From IMG/VR virus record IMGVR_UViG_3300034019_000699: DNA of 20,000 nt; one strand, 5' to 3'. Numbering within the stretch: the stretch's first letter is position 1; each line of letters opens with the position of its first letter. This DNA is from an uncultured virus (IMG/VR IMGVR_UViG_3300034019_000699) (taxonomy: Duplodnaviria; Heunggongvirae; Uroviricota; Caudoviricetes). Shown here piece after piece: positions 6,478 to 15,666 of this stretch. The notes under the pieces are model-generated. The model was not told the DNA's origin. It saw only the letters and a program-made list of their open reading frames with translations, and searched no databases. A program made the translations under genes and the position numbers.

Positions 6478-8511
6478 ATGTCAGATTTTTTTAGTTTTAG
6501 GCTTCCAGAAGACTTTGTAGAAAAGTATATAAAAGTTGAAAGCCCATTTGGATTTAAAGATGCAGCAGAAAATTCACTTGGAGAAATTACTTTTATTCGT
6601 ACTTATTCTAGGATGAAGGAAGATGGAACTAAAGAAAGATGGCACGAAGTTTGTCGTCGTGTAATCGAGGGGATGTATTCAGTTCAAAAGAACCATGCCA
6701 AAGAAAACCGTTTGCCATGGAATGACTATAAGGCTCAGAAGTCAGCACAAGAAGCATACGACAGAATGTTTAATTTAAAGTGGACACCACCAGGTCGTGG
6801 CATGTGGGCATTTGGAACCCCTATGACCATGGAAAAGAAAAACTCAGCAGCATTACAAAACTGTGCAATGGTATCAACGAAAGACCTTGACAAAAATGAT
6901 CCAGGAGCATTGTTTGCTTGGGTTATGGATGCCCTTATGCTTGGCATTGGCGTAGGGTTTGATACAGTGGGACAGGATAAAAATTTCTCTATTTATGCCC
7001 CCACAGAGCCAGAGCAAATCTTTGAGATTCCAGACACTCGTGAAGGGTGGGTAGAGTCAGTCAGAGTTTTAATTAATTCATATCTCAGGCCAAATCAGAA
7101 CATCCAGAAGTTTAACTATGACTTAATTAGGCCCCTAGGAGCCCCTATAAAGGGTTTTGGCGGGGTTGCATCAGGTCCTGCACCCCTTATCAGGTTGCAC
7201 AATCAAATAGACCGTGTGATAGGCTCTAGGGCTGGAGAAACCCTAGATTCTCGTGCTATTGTGGACTTGGTTAATTTAATTGGAACCTGTGTGGTTTCAG
7301 GAAATGTTAGAAGATCAGCAACCCTTGCTTTGGGTAGTGCTGGAGACGATGTGTTTATGAATTTAAAGAACTCTGAGTCATTTCCAGAACGAAACTCTTT
7401 TGATCCAGAAAATCCAGGGTGGGCATGGATGTCTAATAATTCTATCTCAGCAGAAGTAGGAACAAAGTATGAAGACTATGTAGATTTAATTACTGAAAAC
7501 GGAGAACCAGGTTTTATCTGGCTTGATGTTGCTCGTAATTATGGACGACTAAAGGATGCGCCAGACGGTAAGGATTATCGTGTGATGGGATTTAACCCAT
7601 GTGCGGAGCAGCCATTGGAATCATACGAACTATGTACACTTGTAGAAGTGCACTTAAATCGTCATGAATCTAAGGAGGACTTCCTGCGTACCCTGAAGTT
7701 TGCATACCTTTATGGAAAGACTGTAACACTTGTTCCAACACACTGGCCACAAACAAACGGTATCATGCAACGTAATCGTCGTATTGGTACATCTCTAACA
7801 GGTATTGCATCATTTGCAGATCAAAAGGGTTTACCAACCGTTCGTGAATGGATGGACGAAGGATATAATAAAATCCGTCACTATGACCACCAGTATTCAG
7901 AATGGCTATGTGTTCGTGAATCAATTCGTGTAACAACTGTTAAGCCATCAGGATCAGTTTCAATTCTTTCTGGTGCAACCCCTGGAGTTCACTGGGGACC
8001 TGGAGGAGAGTTCTTCCTTCGTGCAGTTCGTTTTGGGAATACAGATCCGATGATGCATTTGTTTAAAGCAGCGGGGTATACAATTGAAGATGACGTAGTA
8101 TCAGCAAACACGTCAGTAGTTTACTTCCCAATCAAGTCAGGCCATCCAAGATCTGAAAAGGATGTAACCCTGTTTGAGAAGATTGCACTTGCTGCAACTG
8201 CTCAAAAGTATTGGTCTGACAATGGTGTTTCTGTAACACTTTCATTTGATAAGGAGACAGAGTCAAAGCATGTAGTGCCAGCACTGCATATGTACGAGGG
8301 ACAATTAAAGGCAGTCTCATTCCTGCCAATGGGAAATCATACATATCCACAACAGCCATATACTCAGATTACTGAAGAGCAATACGAGTCATATATTGGC
8401 AAGTTAAAGCACATTGATTTTTCTGCTATTTATGATGGAGCAGAAAATCTTGAGGCTCAAGGAGAGTCTTATTGCACAACTGACTATTGTGAAATAAAGA
8501 TAAACAAATAG
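6478..8511 (+). CDS. nrdJ: Class II adenosylcobalamin-dependent ribonucleotide reductase, monomeric RTPR type
   Basis: RTYSR, PPGRGMW, LQNCA, GNVRRSA, active-site NPCAEQ...ELCTL, TTVKPSGS and C-terminal redox pair YCTTDYC. No N-terminal ATP cone. Start moved from TTG 6421 to ATG 6478, downstream of the promoter and RBS. Confidence 0.95.
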   Translation: MSDFFSFRLPEDFVEKYIKVESPFGFKDAAENSLGEITFIRTYSRMKEDGTKERWHEVCRRVIEGMYSVQKNHAKENRLPWNDYKAQKSAQEAYDRMFNLKWTPPGRGMWAFGTPMTMEKKNSAALQNCAMVSTKDLDKNDPGALFAWVMDALMLGIGVGFDTVGQDKNFSIYAPTEPEQIFEIPDTREGWVESVRVLINSYLRPNQNIQKFNYDLIRPLGAPIKGFGGVASGPAPLIRLHNQIDRVIGSRAGETLDSRAIVDLVNLIGTCVVSGNVRRSATLALGSAGDDVFMNLKNSESFPERNSFDPENPGWAWMSNNSISAEVGTKYEDYVDLITENGEPGFIWLDVARNYGRLKDAPDGKDYRVMGFNPCAEQPLESYELCTLVEVHLNRHESKEDFLRTLKFAYLYGKTVTLVPTHWPQTNGIMQRNRRIGTSLTGIASFADQKGLPTVREWMDEGYNKIRHYDHQYSEWLCVRESIRVTTVKPSGSVSILSGATPGVHWGPGGEFFLRAVRFGNTDPMMHLFKAAGYTIEDDVVSANTSVVYFPIKSGHPRSEKDVTLFEKIALAATAQKYWSDNGVSVTLSFDKETESKHVVPALHMYEGQLKAVSFLPMGNHTYPQQPYTQITEEQYESYIGKLKHIDFSAIYDGAENLEAQGESYCTTDYCEIKINK

Positions 8512-8518
8512 TCTTCTG

Positions 8519-8527
8519 TGGTAAAAT
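8519..8527 (+). promoter_or_regulatory. Extended -10 promoter (TGGTAAAAT), leaderless or near-leaderless
   Basis: TGTGgTAAAAT lies 9 nt before ATG 8537 in a 25-nt intergenic gap without an SD. Confidence 0.65.
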
Positions 8528-8536
8528 AGACTCATA

Positions 8537-11500
8537 ATGTCTACTCCATCAAACCTATACGCAGAAAAGGTGTTTGCAGAACACCCAACAGGTCTTTGGG
8601 CTCTTGACGATAATGCAGATTATATTTCTTTAATTTCTGAACCACAAAGAAATCTATCTAACTGGACGATTACTGGCGGTACTCATCAAGACTATCCACA
8701 GTCAATAGGCGAACCATTCATCAATAGTTATGTAGGCAAAATTACAGCAACTCCAACTAGCAACGAGTTAGCATCGATTGTTGCAATAAGCAATGAGATT
8801 ATGGATCTGCGAGATATGAGCGATTACTTGGGAACATTTTCCGTTGGTGGATACTTTTATTCTGAAAGTGCCTATATTGCAGGTTTTGAAATTGGGTATC
8901 AATATGAAGATACGACCAGCGGACAGATTGTTACACATCTAAAAAATTATGACACCATCATAAACAATAGTTGGGTTTTTATATCAGAAACATTTGATAT
9001 ACCACCAGACGATTCAAAAATACAACTAGTGTTTAAGATTAATTTTATTGGGGGATCAGAAATAGAAGATGTGTTTTTAATAAACGGAATTACTTTTGGG
9101 CAATGGTCAGAAGAGTTTGCATCAACTTCTCTAGGAACAACCTTAATAGATATTCCTTCAACAATTTCAATTGCTCCACAGAAAGGCCTTGTTGCAAAAT
9201 GCTATGGATTACAAGAACTTGATGCCTACTATTTGGCTTCTGAAAATATGCTTAAAGCAAAAAATTTAAGCATCCCAATGGTTTATGGAGCATCCAGCCT
9301 AACAGCATTATATCCAAATGGATCAAATCCATCTCTTATAATTCCTGGAGTAGGACTTTTAAATGAGTCTGGAAAATTTAAAGAATACACTCTTGAAACT
9401 TGGTTAAGGGTAAACTCTTATACTAATGAAACAAAAAAAATCATAGGACCAATCGCTTCGGATGATGGTATATATGTTGACGGTCCAGCGATAGGTCTTA
9501 AAGTTGGTAAAGAATATAGAACATATTATGTTGGAGAGTGGACAAGACCAATGCTCGTTCACTTGAGAGTTGGAATAGACATTGTTTCTCTTGTTATTAA
9601 TGGGCAAGAAGTTATATCTTTAGATTATGACAGAGAAACTATTTCTTTCCCAGAAATGTTTAATGAAAACGAAAAAGACCAAGACTGGATAGGGTTTTAT
9701 GCACACGAAGAAGTTTATCCAATAGAAATTGATTGTGTTGGAATTTATCCATATGTAGTTGCAACCGCTATGGCAAAAAGAAGATTTGTTTTTGGTCAAG
9801 GTGTAGAAATACCAGAAAATATTAATACATCATATAGCGGAACTTCCGTATTTATTGATTATGCTTTTGCAGATTATACTGCCAATTATTCTTACCCAAA
9901 GGTTGGATCCTGGCAACAAGCATTTAACGATAACACATCAATTGTTAATAAATCTTTATCTGTGCCATCTGGACCTCTTCCAGAAATAGTCCTGTCGTCA
10001 AAAACAGAAAAAGATTTACTGTCAGACTGTAAGTTAGTTCAGTCATCTGATACAGAAAACTTTTTTTCTTTTAGGCCTAACCCTACTTGGAATTTAGTTT
10101 CTGGTTATTTATTTTTTAAAAACTTTGATTTTTTAAAAAGCCCAGTATCTGCCTTTTATGGTTGTATGAGAATCCCAGATTCATCTCCTACTGTTCAAAC
10201 ACTTTTTAGAATTGAAAAAGAAAACACCAACAGTTATTTTGCAATAGAACTAATTAACAATCAAATATCATACTCTATAAATTATGACGGAATTTTAGAA
10301 ACAATATACTCTCCAACTGTCGCAGAGCCTGGGGAATTAATTGATGTTGGAATAAATATTCCAGCGTTTGTTTCTAGGTTTGGAAATCCAGCCTCAGATT
10401 TCTTTGGATCTTTATCAGATTTAAGACTATATGTAGGCGGTAAAAAAGACGAAACTTCTACATTTACGGGTAAAATTTATAAGATTGGCTTTTGTACAAA
10501 ATACAACTTTCAAAAAATTAGGTCATTATTTAATGAGATAGGTGTTCCAGTTTGGAACGAAGATCTTTTTGCTGTGTATCAGAACAATCAGTTAATAAAT
10601 ATAGACGGTGGAGTAGACACAACATCAATGTCGCCACATGGAGGAACAACAGATACGGCTAACGGCGCTATATCTGGAGGTGGTGTTTTTATATCTGATG
10701 AAGATTTTCTTATAGATCATGTGGCAAGTTATACTCTTTTGCCAGATGAAATTTTTGATACATACAGTTTAACAGTGTCTGCAAACGCATATTGGGAAGA
10801 TCAAATTCCGCTAACATATTTTGCTGAATCAGTTTTAGATAAACGGGGGGATCAGTATTTTGACCTTGATTTTATACAGTTTAATATAGACTATCCAATA
10901 CCATCAAAAACTATTGCAATAGAAACTGAACCAGTTGACTGGACATATGCAGAACTTGCTAATGAGTATGGTCTGCCAGTTCAAAGAACTTATGAGTCAC
11001 TTGATAATTATTTATTTACTGGTTATAATGATTATGAAGATCTTAAAAACAAAATAGCAAAAGACTATAGGTATGACACAGATGGAGCAATAGTAAAAAC
11101 TTATGTTACATTTCAGTATACAGAGTTGGGGGCAAATCAAACTTCTTTTTATTTTACAAAAACAGAAAGACCTTCTAGAAATGGAATTTTAATTCCTGGC
11201 TCAGACTGGATGACTACAAAGTATGAAGTTGTAGACAATATGATAATTTATCCACCAGTTGGTGTAGACTTTAACGATCTCTCTATAGTTACGCATATTG
11301 ATATAAATGTTAAAAATTCATCAACTCACAATGTCAATATTAAAAAACTTTCTTACGCATCGCAGGCACTAAATGAATCAGACGCAAGTCCAATAGGAAC
11401 TAGGTTTGGAACCCCTATATACCCATATACCAAAACTGGAATTTACTATAACTTTAAAAAGAATAATCCATTTTCTATATATACTGGATCATCTCCATAT

Positions 11501-12253
11501 TTGTATCTTACAAAAACAAGTGGTATTCAAGTAAAGGGGCAGTACGATCCTATTGTTAATCGTGGACTTTCTATTCCTATGAATACAAGCAGAGCAAATA
11601 ACTTTAAAGTAATAGCAATGCAAATGGCTGTTAGATTTGATGGAGACTACTTTCCATACGCACCAACTCAAATATTTGAAGTAGAAAGCAAAGGATCATA
11701 TATAAAGTTTTACATGGTTGCAAATGACCCAAGTGGAAGAAGAGCAAAAATTTACGCAATTGATGCAAAGACTGGTTTAGTTCAAGACGGCATTGGGTTT
11801 TACTGGAACGGAAAGATTGTAAAAGAGCCAGTGCTAACTCTTCAAGAGTGGGGATTCTTAGGTATTAATTTTGCAGACAGTCTTGACTTTTCATTTTTTG
11901 AAGGGGCAACAAGATTGACTGGCCCACTAATGTTTAATAGTATTTCTTACTATCAATCAACAAACCTTCAAGAAGTCCAAAACATATCAGAAAGACCATG
12001 GTTTAGGGTAAAGGTTTTATCTGGTTTAGGTCTGGACTGGGAGTTCTGGAATGTTGGATCATTTAACTGGAATAAAGTTCTTGTGTTGGCTGAAACCAGT
12101 TATTATGGAGTAAACCCATCAGAGGTATACAAGAGTTATACTGGAACAAATAAATTAATTGTAGGAGACAACTTCCCATTGACAGTTGGAGATTATGCGT
12201 ACTCTTTATATAATGACATTTCCTGGAATAAATTTACGGTTGATCCCGTTTAA
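8537..12253 (+). CDS. Large beta-rich putative virion protein with concanavalin A-like/LamG domains
   Basis: 1238 aa. N-terminal YAEKVFAEHPTGLWALDD and internal EYTLETWLRV, SLVINGQEV and LYVGG...FTGKIYKIGF are typical of LamG-like jelly rolls in phage tail or baseplate proteins. The CDS is secure; the function is inferred. Confidence 0.6.
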   Translation: MSTPSNLYAEKVFAEHPTGLWALDDNADYISLISEPQRNLSNWTITGGTHQDYPQSIGEPFINSYVGKITATPTSNELASIVAISNEIMDLRDMSDYLGTFSVGGYFYSESAYIAGFEIGYQYEDTTSGQIVTHLKNYDTIINNSWVFISETFDIPPDDSKIQLVFKINFIGGSEIEDVFLINGITFGQWSEEFASTSLGTTLIDIPSTISIAPQKGLVAKCYGLQELDAYYLASENMLKAKNLSIPMVYGASSLTALYPNGSNPSLIIPGVGLLNESGKFKEYTLETWLRVNSYTNETKKIIGPIASDDGIYVDGPAIGLKVGKEYRTYYVGEWTRPMLVHLRVGIDIVSLVINGQEVISLDYDRETISFPEMFNENEKDQDWIGFYAHEEVYPIEIDCVGIYPYVVATAMAKRRFVFGQGVEIPENINTSYSGTSVFIDYAFADYTANYSYPKVGSWQQAFNDNTSIVNKSLSVPSGPLPEIVLSSKTEKDLLSDCKLVQSSDTENFFSFRPNPTWNLVSGYLFFKNFDFLKSPVSAFYGCMRIPDSSPTVQTLFRIEKENTNSYFAIELINNQISYSINYDGILETIYSPTVAEPGELIDVGINIPAFVSRFGNPASDFFGSLSDLRLYVGGKKDETSTFTGKIYKIGFCTKYNFQKIRSLFNEIGVPVWNEDLFAVYQNNQLINIDGGVDTTSMSPHGGTTDTANGAISGGGVFISDEDFLIDHVASYTLLPDEIFDTYSLTVSANAYWEDQIPLTYFAESVLDKRGDQYFDLDFIQFNIDYPIPSKTIAIETEPVDWTYAELANEYGLPVQRTYESLDNYLFTGYNDYEDLKNKIAKDYRYDTDGAIVKTYVTFQYTELGANQTSFYFTKTERPSRNGILIPGSDWMTTKYEVVDNMIIYPPVGVDFNDLSIVTHIDINVKNSSTHNVNIKKLSYASQALNESDASPIGTRFGTPIYPYTKTGIYYNFKKNNPFSIYTGSSPYLYLTKTSGIQVKGQYDPIVNRGLSIPMNTSRANNFKVIAMQMAVRFDGDYFPYAPTQIFEVESKGSYIKFYMVANDPSGRRAKIYAIDAKTGLVQDGIGFYWNGKIVKEPVLTLQEWGFLGINFADSLDFSFFEGATRLTGPLMFNSISYYQSTNLQEVQNISERPWFRVKVLSGLGLDWEFWNVGSFNWNKVLVLAETSYYGVNPSEVYKSYTGTNKLIVGDNFPLTVGDYAYSLYNDISWNKFTVDPV

Positions 12254-12255
12254 TA

Positions 12256-12264
12256 TGGTATACT
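12256..12264 (+). promoter_or_regulatory. Extended -10 promoter (TGGTATACT), probably leaderless
   Basis: TATGgTATACT lies 7 nt before ATG 12272. Confidence 0.7.
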
Positions 12265-12271
12265 TGTGGAT

Positions 12272-12658
12272 ATGGATTCGTTAATAGACCCAAAAACTGG
12301 TCAACCAATTGTTAAAAATGTCAGACGTAGAGTCATTGAAAAAGATTATGACTGGGGTCTATACATTTATAAAAAGGCCAACGGAAGATATTTCTCAGAT
12401 GGTCATGGTTCTGTCTTAAATATTCCTTCTATGCGAGGGGATATTTCAAAAATTTCAGAACTAAAGCAGGCAGCAATACACTACGGAGACCCAGGAGACG
12501 GAACTGTAGAATTTATTGCTGGCTCATCTCGTGTATCTGAAGAAGAGTATAGCGAGCAAGTAGACAGAATGAACTCTGGATTGCTTCCTAATCTAAACGA
12601 TCTTGGAGCAGTTCAAGCAGCAAAAGATACAATAGCATTGTATGGAGACGAGGAGTAA
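12272..12658 (+). CDS. Hypothetical protein upstream of portal (128 aa)
   Basis: Start moved from GTG 12266, which is only 1 nt past the -10 box, to ATG 12272. Ends 2 nt before the portal start. No recognisable motif. Confidence 0.8.
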   Translation: MDSLIDPKTGQPIVKNVRRRVIEKDYDWGLYIYKKANGRYFSDGHGSVLNIPSMRGDISKISELKQAAIHYGDPGDGTVEFIAGSSRVSEEEYSEQVDRMNSGLLPNLNDLGAVQAAKDTIALYGDEE

Positions 12659-12660
12659 TT

Positions 12661-14253
12661 ATGGAAGATAACGAAATTGTTATTGGGGCAAGCATTGATC
12701 GTGCAATCAGTAAAGACGAGCCATTCTTAAACTCAGATCCTTTTAAGGGTAATTGGGAAACACTAAAGACTCTAGACGGCCTAGACTCAAACTTTAAAAG
12801 ACGCATAAGCAGATCTTCAACAAAGATGGTTGAACCAACAACGCAATACACAACTGCAGCACTTGCTGGAAAAAGCGGTATTGATGGAGCACAGTCAAAA
12901 GAAATAAACCCAGGCCTAGTATATGTAAACGGCTACGGAATGTTCGATGTTATTACACCACCATGGAACCTATATGAATTGGCAAACTATTACGACACTT
13001 CTTTTGCAAACCACGCAGCCATTGATGCAAAGGTAGAAAACATTGTCGGACTTGGCTATGAGTTTCATATCTCTCAAAGAACAATGCTTCGTTTAGAGTC
13101 TTCAGAAGACAATAGCGCTACACAAAAGGCAAGAAAAAGAATTGAAAGAACTAAGATTGAAGCAAGAGATTGGCTAGAGTCACTCAATGACGATGACTCT
13201 TTTACTGCAACTATGGAAAAGGTTTATACAGATCTTCAATCAACTGGAAACGGATATCTAGAAGTAGGAAGAACTACTCGTGGAGAGATTGGGTATGTCG
13301 GTCACATCCCAGCAACAACAATGAGAGTAAGAAGAATCAAAGACGGATATGTACAAATTATTGGAAATAAGATTGTTTACTTCCGTAATTTTGGAGCAAA
13401 GAATCCAAACCCACTAACAACAGATGCAAGACCAAACGAGATTATTCACTTTAAGCAATACTCACCTCTTAACACTTTCTACGGAGTACCAGACATTATG
13501 TCGGCCATCAACTCCCTGCATGGAGACTCGCTTGCTTCACAATATAATATTGACTACTTTGCAAATAAAGCAGTGCCAAGATACGTAGTAACACTAAAAG
13601 GTGCAAAACTTTCTGGAGACGCAGAAGATAAGATGTTCCGATTCTTGCAGACAAATCTCAGAGGGCAGTCACACAGAACGCTATATATTCCACTTCCAGG
13701 TGATAGCGAAAACAATAAAGTTGAATTTAAAATGGAACCCATCGAAGACGGTATACAAGACGGCTCATTTAAAGAGTATCGTAAGCAAAACCGTGATGAC
13801 ATCCTGGTAGCACATCAAGTGCCATTGTCTAAACTTGGAGGTGGCGATTCTGGATCTATTGCAGCAGCACTTGCACAGGATCGTACCTTTAAGGAGCAGG
13901 TTGCAAGGCCAGCACAAAGACAATTGGAAAAAATGATCAATAAGATCATTCGTGAAAAGACAGACATTGTTGAATTTGTATTTAACGAGTTAACCCTAAC
14001 AGATGAAATCGCACAATCTCAAATCCTTGAGAGGTATGTAAAGAATCAGATCATGACTCCGAATGAAGCACGAGTTGCTCTTGACATGCCACAGCGAGAA
14101 GGTGGGGACGAAGTCTTACAACTTAAGCCAGAGGCTGCAGCAGAAGCAAGCACAACAAGGGCTAGGGATTCAGAGAGAACAAACAACAACTCTGACAGTT
14201 CTTCAACCGTTGCTGGACGAAATCCAAAGGGTGAAGGAAGAAAAACTCCCTGA
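12661..14253 (+). CDS. Portal protein (HK97/PBSX-like)
   Basis: GAGGAG RBS. DLQSTGNGYLEVGR, HIPATTMRV, NEIIHFKQYSP...FYGVPD, YFANKAVP, ILVAHQVPLSKLG, IMTPNEARVAL. Sits directly before protease and capsid genes. Confidence 0.93.
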   Translation: MEDNEIVIGASIDRAISKDEPFLNSDPFKGNWETLKTLDGLDSNFKRRISRSSTKMVEPTTQYTTAALAGKSGIDGAQSKEINPGLVYVNGYGMFDVITPPWNLYELANYYDTSFANHAAIDAKVENIVGLGYEFHISQRTMLRLESSEDNSATQKARKRIERTKIEARDWLESLNDDDSFTATMEKVYTDLQSTGNGYLEVGRTTRGEIGYVGHIPATTMRVRRIKDGYVQIIGNKIVYFRNFGAKNPNPLTTDARPNEIIHFKQYSPLNTFYGVPDIMSAINSLHGDSLASQYNIDYFANKAVPRYVVTLKGAKLSGDAEDKMFRFLQTNLRGQSHRTLYIPLPGDSENNKVEFKMEPIEDGIQDGSFKEYRKQNRDDILVAHQVPLSKLGGGDSGSIAAALAQDRTFKEQVARPAQRQLEKMINKIIREKTDIVEFVFNELTLTDEIAQSQILERYVKNQIMTPNEARVALDMPQREGGDEVLQLKPEAAAEASTTRARDSERTNNNSDSSSTVAGRNPKGEGRKTP

Positions 14254-14296
14254 TGTCCGATATGTCCAGAATGTGATACTTGTGTAAAATGGAGGG

Positions 14297-14302
14297 TATA
14301 AT
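14297..14302 (+). promoter_or_regulatory. -10 element TATAAT upstream of protease gene
   Basis: TATAAT lies 6 nt before GTG 14309. GGAGG at 14291-14295 could serve GTG 14306 on read-through mRNA from the portal gene. Confidence 0.55.
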
Positions 14303-14305
14303 ATA

Positions 14306-15643
14306 GTGGTGAGCAATATATCTAAAGCCCATTGGAATTCAGATGGGGAAAATCTTCGTCTATCAATGCCTTTTAGTAAGGTCGACAAAGAACGACGCAT
14401 CGTTTCAGGTTTTGCATCATTAGACAATCTAGACAAGCAGATGGATATCGTAACAGCAGAAGCATCTATGAACGCTTTTGCAAAGTTTAGAGGAAACATT
14501 CGTGAAATGCATCAACCACTTGCAGTTGGTAAGATGGTAAATTTTAAAGAAGATAAGTATTTTGATCCAGACTCAAAGAAATTTTACAGAGGCGTTTTCG
14601 TTTCAGCATATGTTTCAAAAGGTGCACAAGATACTTGGGAAAAAGTTCTAGACGGAACACTAACAGGTTTTTCTATTGGTGGACGAATGAACAAATGGGA
14701 TGACGGATTTGATGAAAAGTCAGACTCACAAATTAGAATTATTAAAGACTACGACCTGATAGAGTTAAGCCTTGTAGATTCACCAGCAAATCAATTTGCC
14801 AATATAGTATCGGTTGAAAAAGTTGATGGTGTAGATATCGTAAAGGGAGACTTAACAGTTTTAGAAAATGTTTTTTACGACAAGGAAAACGGTATTGTAA
14901 TATCATCTGAGAACGAATCAGAACTCAGCCCAGTCAGTGGAGAACAAATGGAAAATATAGGGTTCGTTGAAAAAACGGATAACGAAAAAACAGTAATGAT
15001 AAAATTCTTAGTTGATAGTGCTAAAGGCATTAATACTTCTAAGATTAACAAGGAGGTACAACCTATGACAAAATCAAAAACACAAGTTGAAAAGACAGAT
15101 GTAGTTGAAGATGTTGTGGTCGCTCCAGAGGCAGATGCATCAGTTGCAGAAGTTACTGAACAAGTTGCTAAGGCAGAAGAGGTTGAGGCAACAGAAGTTG
15201 CTAAGACCGATGAAGTTGTAGCAGAAGAGATTACTAAAGCAGAAGATGCTGAAGCAGTCGAAACAGTAGTTGAAGCAGTTGTAGAAGTATCTAAGTCAGA
15301 AGAGGTAGTTGCAGAAGCAGTTACCGAAATGAAAAATACTCTAGAATCAGCCTTTAGCGATCTAGTGTCAACAGTAAAGGCTTTGCAAGCAGAAGTAGAA
15401 CTTCTTAAGTCTTCAAAGGTAGATGTTGATACAGTTAAGGATTCATTTGCAGCAGTTGCAAAAGATATTGCAGCAGTATCAAGTGAATTTAATGAATTTG
15501 GAAAACGAGTAGACGCTGTGGAAGCAGACACCGCATTCCGAAAGTCTGGAGATATCGGCGATATCTTTCAGAATCAATCTGAAACGGTTGAAAAATCCCT
15601 ATGGGGCGGTAGTTTCCTCAAAACAGCCGATCTATTCAAATGA
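14306..15643 (+). CDS. Prohead maturation protease (HK97-type, peptidase S78-like) fused to acidic scaffold
   Basis: RIVSGFAS...DKQMDIV, IREMHQ (His), LTGFSIGG (Ser), LIELSLVDSPANQFA. The C-terminal part is E/V/A-rich and coiled-coil-like. Start is GTG 14306 or GTG 14309. Confidence 0.9.
   Translation: MVSNISKAHWNSDGENLRLSMPFSKVDKERRIVSGFASLDNLDKQMDIVTAEASMNAFAKFRGNIREMHQPLAVGKMVNFKEDKYFDPDSKKFYRGVFVSAYVSKGAQDTWEKVLDGTLTGFSIGGRMNKWDDGFDEKSDSQIRIIKDYDLIELSLVDSPANQFANIVSVEKVDGVDIVKGDLTVLENVFYDKENGIVISSENESELSPVSGEQMENIGFVEKTDNEKTVMIKFLVDSAKGINTSKINKEVQPMTKSKTQVEKTDVVEDVVVAPEADASVAEVTEQVAKAEEVEATEVAKTDEVVAEEITKAEDAEAVETVVEAVVEVSKSEEVVAEAVTEMKNTLESAFSDLVSTVKALQAEVELLKSSKVDVDTVKDSFAAVAKDIAAVSSEFNEFGKRVDAVEADTAFRKSGDIGDIFQNQSETVEKSLWGGSFLKTADLFK
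15065..15643 (+). CDS. Nested in-frame capsid scaffolding protein (192 aa, MTKSKTQVEK...)
   Basis: Strong SD AAGGAGGT at 15050-15057, 7 nt before in-frame ATG 15065 (offset 759 = 253 codons from 14306), at the boundary of the acidic/coiled-coil region. Confidence 0.75.
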   Translation: MTKSKTQVEKTDVVEDVVVAPEADASVAEVTEQVAKAEEVEATEVAKTDEVVAEEITKAEDAEAVETVVEAVVEVSKSEEVVAEAVTEMKNTLESAFSDLVSTVKALQAEVELLKSSKVDVDTVKDSFAAVAKDIAAVSSEFNEFGKRVDAVEADTAFRKSGDIGDIFQNQSETVEKSLWGGSFLKTADLFK

Positions 15644-15666
15644 ACAAATCACTAGGAGGTGACAAT

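Noticed and set aside
14875..15531. 218-aa minus-strand ORF rich in Ser/Thr/Ala
   Set aside because: Antisense shadow of the GAA/GCA/GTT-rich scaffold coding strand, with no supporting signals.
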